From assembly GCA_040081625.1 (NCBI GenBank), contig JBEBGD010000007.1, positions 1-64,000 of the forward strand: DNA of 64,000 nt, read 5' to 3'. The position numbers and the translations under genes were made by a program. Numbering within the stretch: position 1 is the stretch's first letter; each line of letters begins with the position of its first letter. The stretch is from Chthoniobacteraceae bacterium. Its GTDB lineage: Bacteria > Verrucomicrobiota > Verrucomicrobiia > Chthoniobacterales > Chthoniobacteraceae. Shown here piece after piece: positions 19,801-28,633 of this stretch. Under the pieces are notes generated by a model, which was given only the letters and a program-made list of their open reading frames with translations, had not been told where the DNA came from and did not search any database.

Positions 19801-20718
19801 CGCCGTCGGCGCGATCAAACCGTAGTGCATGCTGTCGCCGAGCACCGCGAGCTTTGCCGCGAGCGCAGAGATGTCGATCCTCACCTGCACGACCTGGAAG
19901 ATCGCATTCGCCGCGATCGTGCGATCCCCGGACGAGAGCACGGTGGTGCCTTCCTTGTCCGCGATCAGCGCATCCGCCGCGGGCAGCGCCGACTGGATCG
20001 CCGGCGGCGCCGTGGCCGGGATGGTCCAACTCGCATCGCCCGGGACGGGGTTACTAAAGACCAGCCCGAACGGATCGAGCAGCGCCCGTGCATCCGCCAC
20101 CGGCCCGACCGCCGCGGCCCACGGCGTCTGACACGTCACGATCCCGCCACCGCCCGCTGTGAAGCTCGCGATCAACGCCATCACCGTGTCGGAGTAATCG
20201 GTCTGCGCACTGAGCACGAGGACGTGAGCGCCGGACAGATTTCCCGCCGTGATCGTCGCGGTCGCGCTGCGGACCGTGTAGCCCGCGGCGGTGAGAAAAT
20301 TGCCGACGGTCGTATTACTGACCACCACCGCGATCGTCCCCGCCGGCACCGACTGCCGGCTCGCCCACAGCACCGCATTCGAAAACAAAGTCGTCCGCAC
20401 TCCGCCCGCTGTGTCGAAGAAGCCCGTGTGCGACCACGCCACCGCCCGCGCCGCGCCGGCATCATAGCTGTCGGAGTATCTTCCGGCCGCCATCACTGCT
20501 TGCACCGGACTCCCCGTCCCGAGCAGGACAGGAAAAGCCGCCCCGCCAAATGGAGCCACGCCGCCCGGCGAAGCACCCATCGCATTCGGCGCGCTCTGCC
20601 CCTCCACGCCGGCGACAAGCGCCGCGTAATCCGCGGCAAGATCCGCGCGCGCCGTGGCCGCGAAAACGAAACCGAAAAGCAGCAAGCGCCGCAGAAACGA
20701 AGTGATGATCGAGTTCAT
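16873..20718 (-). CDS. Secreted M60-like metallopeptidase with cadherin-like and PA14 domains
   Basis: WGSYHELGH..EVDVNLF; ETALYAPPG; cadherin-like ISESTPPGT..ATDAE..FSID..YALTVQVQD; PA14-like YTFWIASDDQS..HREGTGSDHVAVAW. Confidence 0.88.
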   Translation of the reverse strand: MNSIITSFLRRLLLFGFVFAATARADLAADYAALVAGVEGQSAPNAMGASPGGVAPFGGAAFPVLLGTGSPVQAVMAAGRYSDSYDAGAARAVAWSHTGFFDTAGGVRTTLFSNAVLWASRQSVPAGTIAVVVSNTTVGNFLTAAGYTVRSATATITAGNLSGAHVLVLSAQTDYSDTVMALIASFTAGGGGIVTCQTPWAAAVGPVADARALLDPFGLVFSNPVPGDASWTIPATAPPAIQSALPAADALIADKEGTTVLSSGDRTIAANAIFQVVQVRIDISALAAKLAVLGDSMHYGLIAPTAAASIITTTKPVEKMLAQYQSKTFDVMTPAELFVHPSAADFPGLPDAGAATVSRTVSITGNTFVDFYMNQGNRPTRFETALYAPPGATITVTIPSDKIAQGLEIHIAGNGSQDQTFNSGNGGTWTFFPKLWRRVALTAAVTQTGHVLGGLITILVPEGKTLGTFDVTIDGAIEAPAFVLGQTTDAQWNAGIKSRPAPYGYIQNSKLTIYLPKWQLAAMDNPTAVTGYWKQVMDIADEYYGYTAFRKRGETYATARYVAAGGAYAGYPIEAGWGTSRDQLLNAARVNGDWGSYHELGHGYQNNFDSAFVIAIGAEVDVNLFPGMIYTMLHDRTAWDGAHSSYDATNRLAQRNVFLAQAPASQTWQSAHDLYPVAYDFYFNLAEAFGWQVYKTALTRMMNFLQNPTVGTDAELFALSSADPNFKRNRFYLLFCDASGRNLDLYFQRYGLGAVGKGYEITQTVKDQVAAKGYPSWTDNTAIDSLSNPTVLNISESTPPGTEVYQFVATDAEEPGSVWDFQITAGNTDNAFSIDRRTGRLRVQKIDAETLTSYALTVQVQDCGLPRFSASQSFTVNIADADEAPQVEGRLCSATSAMSDGTSLGGVVATIEPGRTLASFAIVAGNDGHFAIHPTTGVLTVSGAATLPNPGVLLLTIRVEDSTGAVGFGKVTVVCNRTTGVLQEFWSNGQMVGTPTSTSTLSTFNALQNVGSNFIRRVSGWLIPQTTGPYTFWIASDDQSIFSLSPDENAVSRLSIGSVDGSTSFQSWDQQGTQKSGVVHLQAGLPYYLEAIHREGTGSDHVAVAWQGPGIARQVIPTTSLIPRDASASFPSSVLRPVETWRIAKFGASAGVDAVAGFNANPEQDGADNLVEYSLGTDPLDEAVGPLWQVSTPANRLTLSFTRNTGATDLTTTVQGADSPAGPWADLARSMSGGAFGALLGGVGVSESGAGLVRNVEVGDLFSIGDPAHPNRFLRLLITTP

Positions 20719-20869
20719 GGGGTGAATGGCCGGCTGCAACAACTCCGGCAGCCGCCGCCCCTTATCGAGCGGCTGACGAAAAAATCGACTACGAACTTTC
20801 ACCCGTGACGGCGCGACATGGCATCAGCTTTGGCATTGGCCGCCGGTCGCGAGGCAGCCACGCTGCGGC

Positions 20870-22534
20870 ATGATTCGCGCGCTTCTCCTCGTCTTCCTCC
20901 TCGTCTCCTCGATCCACGCCGCGCCGTCGGTCGCGCGCGGAGGCAAGGGCGCGGTCGCCTCCGTGCATCCCCTCGCCTCGCGCGCCGGACTCGCGGCGAT
21001 GGAGAGCGGCGGCAATGCGATCGATGCGGCAGTCGCGATCGGGCTCACGCTCGGCGTCGTCGATGGCCACAACTCCGGCATCGGCGGCGGGTGCTTCATG
21101 CTGATCAGGACGGCGAAGGGCGAGTTCTTCGCGCTCGATGGCCGCGAGATGGCCGGCGCGGCGGCGACGCGCGACATGTTCATCCGCGATGGCAGAGGCG
21201 ACACGAAGCTCAGCCAGACCGGGCCGCTCGCGAGCGGCGTGCCGGGGTCGGTCGCGGCTTACAGCCATGCGCTGGAGAAGTTCGGGCGGAAGAAGCTCGC
21301 GGAGCTGATCGAGCCGGCGGCGGTGATCGCGGAGCAGGGCTTCGCGATCGACGAGGTGTATGCGCGCAAGCTCAAGGGCGTGGCGGAGGACATCGCGAAG
21401 TTCGACACTTCGCGCGCGCAGTTCCTGAAAGCCGATGGCGCGCCTTTCGCCGAAGGCGAAGTGCTGAAGCTTCCCGATCTCGCCGCGAGCTATCGCGCGA
21501 TCGGGAGGGACGGCGCGGATTGGTTCTATCGCGGCGCCTTCGCACAAACGACCGGCGAGTGGATGAAGGCGAATGGCGGAATCCTCACGGCGGAGGACTT
21601 CGCGAACTACCAGCTCAAGCTGCGAGAGCCGGTGCGCGGGACGTATCGCGGCTGCGAGATCGTGAGCTTCCCGCCGCCCAGCTCGGGTGGCGTCCACGTC
21701 GTGCAGATCCTCAACATCATGGAGACGTTCGACTTCGCGCCGATGGACGACGCGACGCGCGTTCACGTGATCGCCGAAGCGATGAAGCTCGCCTTTGCCG
21801 ACCGCGCGCACTGGCTCGGCGATCCCGACTTCGTGCCCGTGCCGCGCGGGCTGCTGAGCAAGGACTACGCGAAGACGCTCGCCGCGCGCATCGCGCTCGA
21901 TCGCATCGCCGAGGTGCCCACGCACGGCGAGCCGCCCGCGGCGCACGACGATGTCTTCGGCAAGCACACGACGCACTTCTCGACCGTCGATGCCGAGGGG
22001 AACTGGGTCGCCTGCACGCAGACGGTCAACACGGCGTTCGGATCGAAGGTCGTCATCCCCGGCACCGGCATCCTGCTCAACAACCAGATGGACGATTTCT
22101 CGGTCGAGCCCGGCGTGCCGAATGCCTTCAAGCTCGTCGGCTCCGAAGCGAACGCCGTCGCGCCCGGCAAGCGGCCGCTTTCCTCCATGTCGCCCACGAT
22201 CGTGCTGCGCGACGGCCAACCCATCCTCGCGCTCGGCGCCGCGGGCGGGCCGACGATCATCACGCAGACGGTGCTCAATCTTCACGCCATCCTTGACCGC
22301 GGCCTGGCGCTCGACGCCGCGCTCGCCGCGCCGCGCTTCCACCACCAGTGGGCGCCGGACGAGCTGCGCATCGAGAAAGCGTGGCCCGCCGACGTGATGG
22401 CGAAGCTGAAGGCGTTCGGCCACAAACTCGCGCCCGTGTCGCTCACCGGTGCGAGCAATGGCGTCGGATTTTTCGACGCCCAGTTCATCGGAGCGAGCGA
22501 GCCGCGCGTGCCCGGCGAAGCGCTCGCGTGGTGA
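20870..22534 (+). CDS. ggt: Gamma-glutamyltransferase
   Basis: GGNAIDAAVA, SGIGGGCF, PPPSSGG, HTTHFSTVD (nucleophile Thr), LNNQMDDF, PGKRPLSSMSP. Confidence 0.96.
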   Translation: MIRALLLVFLLVSSIHAAPSVARGGKGAVASVHPLASRAGLAAMESGGNAIDAAVAIGLTLGVVDGHNSGIGGGCFMLIRTAKGEFFALDGREMAGAAATRDMFIRDGRGDTKLSQTGPLASGVPGSVAAYSHALEKFGRKKLAELIEPAAVIAEQGFAIDEVYARKLKGVAEDIAKFDTSRAQFLKADGAPFAEGEVLKLPDLAASYRAIGRDGADWFYRGAFAQTTGEWMKANGGILTAEDFANYQLKLREPVRGTYRGCEIVSFPPPSSGGVHVVQILNIMETFDFAPMDDATRVHVIAEAMKLAFADRAHWLGDPDFVPVPRGLLSKDYAKTLAARIALDRIAEVPTHGEPPAAHDDVFGKHTTHFSTVDAEGNWVACTQTVNTAFGSKVVIPGTGILLNNQMDDFSVEPGVPNAFKLVGSEANAVAPGKRPLSSMSPTIVLRDGQPILALGAAGGPTIITQTVLNLHAILDRGLALDAALAAPRFHHQWAPDELRIEKAWPADVMAKLKAFGHKLAPVSLTGASNGVGFFDAQFIGASEPRVPGEALAW

Positions 22535-22582
22535 GCGCAATGGCACTTGCCTGCGCGAAACACTGCGTCGTAAGACCACGCC

Positions 22583-23107
22583 ATGCCCGACGCGCCCGAA
22601 ATCCCCGAAGCCAACGATCCTTTTGAGAAACGCGTCGCGGTGACCATCGCAATCGTCGCCGTCTGTCTCGCCTTCATCTCCAACGCTGGCGACAACGGCA
22701 CCGCGCAATCGATCGTCAAGACAAGCGAAGCCGCCAGCCAGTGGGCGTATTATCAGGCCAAGAGCATCAAGGGGAGTCTCGTCACCGTGGAAGGCGAACT
22801 CCTCGCGCGGCTTGCCACGACGGATCAGAAAGCGGAGCTCGAGCGGCTCAAGGCCGAAGCAACGCGCTACGACAAGGAGAAGACGGAGATCAAAGCCGCC
22901 GCCGAGGTATTTCAAGCGGAAGCAAAACAGGGCGCCGACATCGACGACCGCGCCGACCTCGCGGCGCTCTTCCTGCAAGTCTCCATCGTCATCTCCTCGA
23001 TCGCGATTCTCGCAAAGTCGCACCAGTTTTGGTGGGCGGGCGTGGCTCTCGGCGCCGGCGGTCTCGCAGTCGGCGCGACGCTGGGCGTGGCGCTTGTTCC
23101 CTGGTAG
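22583..23107 (+). CDS. DUF4337-like membrane protein
   Basis: VAVTIAIVAV, QWAYYQAKSIK, LQVSIVISSIAIL. Confidence 0.75.
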   Translation: MPDAPEIPEANDPFEKRVAVTIAIVAVCLAFISNAGDNGTAQSIVKTSEAASQWAYYQAKSIKGSLVTVEGELLARLATTDQKAELERLKAEATRYDKEKTEIKAAAEVFQAEAKQGADIDDRADLAALFLQVSIVISSIAILAKSHQFWWAGVALGAGGLAVGATLGVALVPW

Positions 23108-23119
23108 GCGCAGATCGCG

Positions 23120-23345
23120 TCACCGCTTTTCCCAGTCGCGCACCCCGCCCGCAACGATGCGAAAGATCGCGTGCGGCTGGGGCGAATCGAGACTCCGAAA
23201 GCGCCGATAGATCTCCGGCGCTCGCGTGCGCAGTTTGGCTTTGAGGTGCGCCCGCGAGGACCTTCTGCGCGAGGAGCCCTTCGCGCCGTGCGGCGACGAG
23301 GCCTTTCGAGTCGAGGTATTGCGGATGCAGTGTCCAGAGCCGCAT
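23120..23345 (-). pseudogene. Pyrimidine-dimer DNA glycosylase/endonuclease V-like pseudogene (internal deletion plus frameshift)
   Basis: N-terminus MRLWTLHPQYLDSKGLVAARREGLLAQKVLAG; a shifted frame from about 23248 reads HLKAKLRTRAPEIYRRFRSLDSPQPHAIFRIVAGGVRDWEKR*, resembling the family C-terminus. Confidence 0.8.
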
Positions 23346-23348
23346 TGA

Positions 23349-23852
23349 CTACACGCCTACGGGGTGCCGGATCACCGCGCCCTTGGCGGGCCGGCTCCGG
23401 GTGCTCCAGCGCGGGCCTTCGCCTTCGCCATTGTAGCCCGTATCCAGCCGCAGCCCGGCGATCACCAGAAAGACGTGACCCTTTCGCGCATACACGCTGA
23501 TCCACTCGCCCGACCCCGACCGTCCGTAGCTGCGGAAGCCGCGCGAAGGCGTCGGCGAATCGAGCAGGCCCGCCGCGATGAGCACGTGCGACGCGGTGCC
23601 CGAGCAATCGAACCCTGCCCCGCCCCGGCCATGTCCGCCGCCATAGACGTAGGGCGAGCCGACGATGCCATTCGCCGCGGCGATCGCGATCTTTACGCGC
23701 TCGGGCGCTTTCTCCGGCGCGGCTGCGTAGCCGCCGACGAGCGTCGCCGTCTTCCCGGGCACGTAGCGATACGTGTAGCTCGGGCTCGAGCAGCCGGCAA
23801 AAAAGGCGGCGCACGCGAGCAGGGCGGCGAGGACGAGGCGGTAAGGATGCAT
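23349..23852 (-). CDS. NlpC/P60-like peptidoglycan endopeptidase lipoprotein
   Basis: Lipobox-like FAGC; PYVYGGGH, FDCSG, HVFLVIAGLRLDT. Confidence 0.85.
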   Translation of the reverse strand: MHPYRLVLAALLACAAFFAGCSSPSYTYRYVPGKTATLVGGYAAAPEKAPERVKIAIAAANGIVGSPYVYGGGHGRGGAGFDCSGTASHVLIAAGLLDSPTPSRGFRSYGRSGSGEWISVYARKGHVFLVIAGLRLDTGYNGEGEGPRWSTRSRPAKGAVIRHPVGV

Positions 23853-23970
23853 CTGCGCTTCTAATGCAATAACGGTGCCGCCGTCGAGAGCGGGTCGGGC
23901 GCGCGATTCATTCGCTAACAAACGGCCGGCATCCACGCTCATGCATCCCAGCCTGGCACATGCTCCCACC

Positions 23971-25398
23971 ATGAGTCCCTACCTGTTCCGCCCACCGCTC
24001 AATCGCCGAGCCTTTCTCACCGCATCGACCGCGGGGCTGCTTGGTCTTCGCTGCGTGCCGGCCGGGCTTGCGGCGACAGCTCCAGCCGTCGTAAGCGGGG
24101 CGCCTCGCGCAAAATCCACGATCCTCTTTTTCCTCTGCGGCGGCGCGTCGCACATCGACATGTGGGACATGAAGCCGGAGGCGCCGATGGAATACCGCGG
24201 CGAGTTCAAGCCGATCCGCACGACTTCGCCCGACATCCACGTGAGCGAGCACCTGCCGCTCCTCGCGAAACAGGCGCACAATTTCTCCCTCGTGCACGGC
24301 GTCACCGATGCGGGGCGCGCGACTGGCGATCATCACGCCGGGTATTATTACAACCTCACCGGCCACGTGCCCGACCCGACCTTCAAGCAGCAGGGAAATG
24401 ACCGCCGTCCGTATCCGGACGACTGGCCTTTCATGGGCAGCGTAGTCGCCTCGCGCCGCGCCGCGCACGCGAAGTTGCCGAACGCGATCACGCTCCCGCA
24501 CAAGCCGAGCCGCCTGCCATTCACGCGCCCGGGCCAGTTCGCCGGGCGGCTCGGCATGGAGCACGATCCGTTTTATCTCGCCGGCAATTTCGACGAGCCG
24601 CTGACATTCAGCGCGCCGACGCTCACGATGTCGGGTGGAATGAATCCCGATCGCTTCGACGCGCGGCGCGATCTGCTGCGCGCGCTCGACGACGCGCGGC
24701 GCGACCTCGACCACGAGGCGCAGGTGCGCAACTACGCGAAGCAGCAGGAGAAGGCGTTCGCCTTTCTCTCCTCGGGCGGCGCGACGGGCGCCTTCGACAT
24801 CGCGAAAGAGCCGCTCGCGCTGCGCGAACGCTACGGCAACACGATCAACGGCACGAGCCTGCTCATGGCGCGGCGGCTCGTGCAGGCGGGCGTGCCGTTC
24901 GTCACGGTGTTTTGGAAGGAGGACGAGAGCATCGCCAAGCGCTGCAAGAGCGCCGGCGGCTGGGACACGCACGGGGACAACTTCCACTGCCTCAAGACGT
25001 GGCTGCTCCCGCAGTTTGACCGCGCCCTCTCCGCCCTGCTCGAAGACCTCTCCGCGCACGGCTTGCTCGACGAAACGCTCGTGCTCGTGACCAGCGAGAT
25101 GGGCCGCAAGCCGCAGCTCGGCGATCCGCGCTCCGGCGGCGTCGCCGGTGCGGGGCGCGACCACTGGACCGCGTGCATGAGCGTGCTCATGGCCGGCGGC
25201 GGCATCCGCGGCGGGCACAGCTACGGCGCGACCGACGCACGCGCCGAGTATCCGAAGGACCAGCCGATCGATCCCGCCGACGTGGTGAAGACGGTCTATC
25301 ACGCGATGGGCATCACCGACCTCGAAGCGACCGACCCGCTCGGCCGACCCTACAATCTGCTCGATGAAGGCAAGCCACTCATGGGGTTGTTCGGATAG
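23971..25398 (+). CDS. DUF1501 family protein (Tat)
   Basis: NRRAFL; GGASHIDMWDMKP, ARRLVQAGV, WDTH, SEMGRKP, GRDHW. Confidence 0.92.
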   Translation: MSPYLFRPPLNRRAFLTASTAGLLGLRCVPAGLAATAPAVVSGAPRAKSTILFFLCGGASHIDMWDMKPEAPMEYRGEFKPIRTTSPDIHVSEHLPLLAKQAHNFSLVHGVTDAGRATGDHHAGYYYNLTGHVPDPTFKQQGNDRRPYPDDWPFMGSVVASRRAAHAKLPNAITLPHKPSRLPFTRPGQFAGRLGMEHDPFYLAGNFDEPLTFSAPTLTMSGGMNPDRFDARRDLLRALDDARRDLDHEAQVRNYAKQQEKAFAFLSSGGATGAFDIAKEPLALRERYGNTINGTSLLMARRLVQAGVPFVTVFWKEDESIAKRCKSAGGWDTHGDNFHCLKTWLLPQFDRALSALLEDLSAHGLLDETLVLVTSEMGRKPQLGDPRSGGVAGAGRDHWTACMSVLMAGGGIRGGHSYGATDARAEYPKDQPIDPADVVKTVYHAMGITDLEATDPLGRPYNLLDEGKPLMGLFG

Positions 25399-25624
25399 CC
25401 AGCGCGGCTGGTTTCGTCGTGTCCCGACGAGCGGAGCATGGCCGGCCAGTTCACCGCTGGGCGCGCCGCCCGGGTTCGAACTGCGCGCTGGACCTTTATC
25501 CCGCTCCATTTCGCTGCGGCGGCTTGGTCTCGCGCAGCGAGTATTCGACCAAGCGGTCGGCATGCTCATCGGCCGCTAAGTTTTCCCCGCGCGCGCGGAT
25601 TCCATCCATCGTATCAGTCCCATC

Positions 25625-27061
25625 ATGTCGCACCACGCACCGAATCCCGCAGACTGCTTCCTGACCCGCCGCGATTTCCTCTCGCGCAGCGGCATGGGCA
25701 TGGGTGCGCTTTCGATGGGCAGCCTCTTCGGTCACGCGAGCGAGGCGGTGAATCTCCACCCGCTCTCGGTCAAGGCGCCGCATTTCCCCGCGAAGGCGAA
25801 GCGCGTGATCCACATCTTCGCCAATGGCGGCGCGTCGCACGTCGATACGTTCGATCCGAAGCCGAAGCTCACCGAGTGGCACGGGCGCGAGATTCCCACC
25901 AAGCTCCAGACCGAGCGCAAGACGACGACCGCCTTCGCATCGCCGTTCGCTTTCAAAAAATATGGCCAGAGCGGGCTGGAGGTCAGCGAGCTTTTCGCGA
26001 AGACCGCGGAAGCCGCCGCGGACGACCTGTGCGTGATCCGCTCGATGAACGCCGACGTGCCGAACCACGAGCCGTCGCTCATGCTGATGAATTGCGGCGA
26101 GGCCCGACTGCCGCGGCCGGCCCTCGGTTCGTGGGTCACCTACGGGCTCGGCTCGGAAAACCAGAATCTGCCCGGCTTCATCACGATGTGCCCCGGCGGC
26201 TACCCGATCCAGGAATCGCAAAACTGGCAGGCCGCATTCCTGCCCGGCGTCTTCCAGGGGACCTACATCGACACGCGCAATGAGGGCGTGGACAAGCTGA
26301 TCGAGAACATCCGCAACCGCTACACGACGACGAGCGAGCAGCGCGCGCAGCTCGACCTGCTCCAGACGCTCAACACGCAACACCTCCAGCGCCGCCAGAA
26401 CGACGCGCAACTCGAGGCGCGCGTGCAGAGCTTCGAGCTCGCCTACCGCATGCAGATGGATGCGAGCGACGCCTTCGACATCGGCAAGGAGCCGCCCGCC
26501 ATCCGCGAGATGTATGGCGACTCGGTGCAATGCCGGTCGCTGCTCATCGCGCGCCGACTCGTCGAGCGCGGCGTGCGCTTCGTGCAGGTCTGGCACGGCG
26601 AAGGCCAGCCGTGGGACAGCCACGAGGAGATCGCGAAGAACCACAAGCGGCTCGCCGGCGAAGTCGATGGCGGCATCGCCGCGCTGCTCACCGACCTGCG
26701 CCAACGCGGAATGCTCGACGACACGCTCGTGCTGTGGAGCGGCGAGTTCGGCCGCACGCCGACCGTCGAGATCCCCACGCCCGGCTCGAACAACGCGAAT
26801 GTAAAGAACGGCCGCGATCACAACCACTGGGGCTTCACCGCATGGATGGCCGGCGGCGGCGCGAAAGGCGGCACGGTCTATGGCGCAACCGATGAGTTCG
26901 GCTTCAAGGCCGTGCAGAATCCCGTCCACGTCCACGACCTGCACGCGACGATGCTGCGTCTGCTCGGCTTCGACCACGAGAAGCTCACCTATCGCTACGC
27001 GGGCCGCGACTTCCGCCTCACCGACGTGCACGGGCACGTGGTGAAGGAGCTGATCGCCTGA
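25625..27061 (+). CDS. DUF1501 family protein (Tat)
   Basis: TRRDFL; GGASHVDTFDPKP, YGLGSENQNLPGF, ARRLVERGVRFVQ, GEFGRTP, GRDHN, HVHDLHAT. Confidence 0.93.
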   Translation: MSHHAPNPADCFLTRRDFLSRSGMGMGALSMGSLFGHASEAVNLHPLSVKAPHFPAKAKRVIHIFANGGASHVDTFDPKPKLTEWHGREIPTKLQTERKTTTAFASPFAFKKYGQSGLEVSELFAKTAEAAADDLCVIRSMNADVPNHEPSLMLMNCGEARLPRPALGSWVTYGLGSENQNLPGFITMCPGGYPIQESQNWQAAFLPGVFQGTYIDTRNEGVDKLIENIRNRYTTTSEQRAQLDLLQTLNTQHLQRRQNDAQLEARVQSFELAYRMQMDASDAFDIGKEPPAIREMYGDSVQCRSLLIARRLVERGVRFVQVWHGEGQPWDSHEEIAKNHKRLAGEVDGGIAALLTDLRQRGMLDDTLVLWSGEFGRTPTVEIPTPGSNNANVKNGRDHNHWGFTAWMAGGGAKGGTVYGATDEFGFKAVQNPVHVHDLHATMLRLLGFDHEKLTYRYAGRDFRLTDVHGHVVKELIA

Positions 27062-27087
27062 TTCGGAGACTTGAAGCGCGTCAGCGG

Positions 27088-27135
27088 GTAGCGCCGGCTC
27101 CATGAGCCGGCCCGGGTCACTGACCCCGGCTACAG
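27088..27135. repeat. REP-like double hairpin / probable terminator between convergent genes
   Basis: GCCGGCTC-cat-GAGCCGGC followed by CCGGGTCActGACCCCGG-CTACA (GTAG-type end on the minus strand). Confidence 0.55.
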
Positions 27136-27147
27136 CAGCGCAGTCCC

Positions 27148-28587
27148 TTACTCCGGCTTGGTCAGGTTCGGATCGTCCTTTTCGACGCCGCTGTTCCAAT
27201 ACGCCTGCATCTCCGCAGCAGTCGGCACCTTGAGCGGACGCACCACGCGCATACCGAGCCACTGCGCGTCGGTGTGATACCAGATGCTCTTCGGGAGCTG
27301 CGGGTCCTGGATTTTCCAGTCGGGGGTGGACGGCTTGCGCGCGCTCACGCGGAGACGGGCGGGATCCTCATCGTCCCATGAGCCGCCGCGCGCGGTGTGC
27401 GGATACGGCTTGGTCGCCTTGTTCCACGGATTCTTCGCGGGACTGTTGGCGTAATACTTCGCGTCGTATTGATCAATGCACCATTCCCACACGTTGCCGG
27501 TCATGTCGTGGAGGCCCCACTTGTTCGGCTTCTTCTTGCCGACCTTTTGGTATTTGAAGTCCGCGTTCTTTCCCCACCAGGCGTAGTCGGCGATCTGCGC
27601 AGCGTCATCGCCCCACGGGTAGGCGGTCGTGCTCCCGGCGCGTGCGGCGTATTCCCACTCGGCCTCGGTCGGGAGGCGGTAGAAATGGCCGGTCTTCGCG
27701 CTCAGCCACTGGCAGTATTTATTCGCGGCGTGCTGCGTCATCGAGATCGCGGGGAAGTAGTCCTTGCCCATGCCGAAGCTCATCTCCACGTAGGGCTGCG
27801 TCGGCCGCGCGGTCGCGTCGGTGAGCGCGTTGAGCGCGGGGGCGAGGTTCTTGGCTTCGCGCAGTTTCTTTTCCTCGTTCGGATACATGAAGAGCTCGAA
27901 CTCGTTCCAGGTCACCTCGGTCTTGCCCATCCAGAACGGCTCGACTTCGACTTCATGCACCGGGCCTTCGTCGTCCCTGCGGCCCTTCTCGCTGTCCGGG
28001 CTGCCCATCTTGAATTTTCCGCCGGGGATCGGCACCACCTCGAACGCCACTTCGCTGCCGGCGATCGTCGTCGCGTAAGGCTTCATGTCGCCCGCGGCTT
28101 TCTCCTTCGAGCCGGCGGTGATCGCGGCGTGCATCTGCTCGACGAGCGCGGCCTCGGCGCCGGCGTCGGCTGCGGCGCCTTCCTTCTTGCGCGCGGTGAG
28201 CTTCACGCCGTCGGGCCACTTCGCGCCCTCGGCGATCCAGTTCTTCAAGGTCTCGGTCTCCGCCTTCGCGAGTCGCTCGATGGTGCCGGTGGCTTTGTTC
28301 TTCGGCGGCATGACCTTCTTCGCGTCGTCGGCCAGCACGGTCGTGGTGTAGAGTTTCGACTTGTCCGGGCTGCCCGCGACGATCGTCGAACTGACCTCGA
28401 ACGCGGCTTCCTTGGTCGCGAGGTTCACGTCGGTTTCGCCACTCTCGTAGTCGGTGCCCTTCGGGTTGTGGCAACGCACGCAGTTGAACTCGAGGATGGG
28501 CTGCACGTCCTTGACGAAATCGACGGCAGCCGGTGCGCTTGCAGCGGCGCAGATGAGGGCGGGCAATATGAGGCGGGTGAGTTTCAT
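27148..28587 (-). CDS. SUMF1/FGE-domain protein with N-terminal planctomycete-type cytochrome c
   Basis: Signal peptide; VDFVKDVQPILEFNCVRCH; FKMGS..DEGPVH, RLPTEAEWEYAARAG, GLHDMTGNVWEW, RGGSW. Confidence 0.9.
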   Translation of the reverse strand: MKLTRLILPALICAAASAPAAVDFVKDVQPILEFNCVRCHNPKGTDYESGETDVNLATKEAAFEVSSTIVAGSPDKSKLYTTTVLADDAKKVMPPKNKATGTIERLAKAETETLKNWIAEGAKWPDGVKLTARKKEGAAADAGAEAALVEQMHAAITAGSKEKAAGDMKPYATTIAGSEVAFEVVPIPGGKFKMGSPDSEKGRRDDEGPVHEVEVEPFWMGKTEVTWNEFELFMYPNEEKKLREAKNLAPALNALTDATARPTQPYVEMSFGMGKDYFPAISMTQHAANKYCQWLSAKTGHFYRLPTEAEWEYAARAGSTTAYPWGDDAAQIADYAWWGKNADFKYQKVGKKKPNKWGLHDMTGNVWEWCIDQYDAKYYANSPAKNPWNKATKPYPHTARGGSWDDEDPARLRVSARKPSTPDWKIQDPQLPKSIWYHTDAQWLGMRVVRPLKVPTAAEMQAYWNSGVEKDDPNLTKPE

Positions 28588-28633
28588 CGGAGTGCGGATG
28601 TAGGAGGGACGATGGGATGCGTCAACCCTGCGC

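Noticed and set aside
22989..23345. 118-aa ORF as an intact glycosylase
   Set aside because: Resemblance stops after about 32 aa, resumes in another frame, and the tail overlaps the DUF4337 gene.
25470..25490. GGTTCGAA T-loop-like motif suggesting a tRNA
   Set aside because: No cloverleaf or acceptor stem could be built on either strand.
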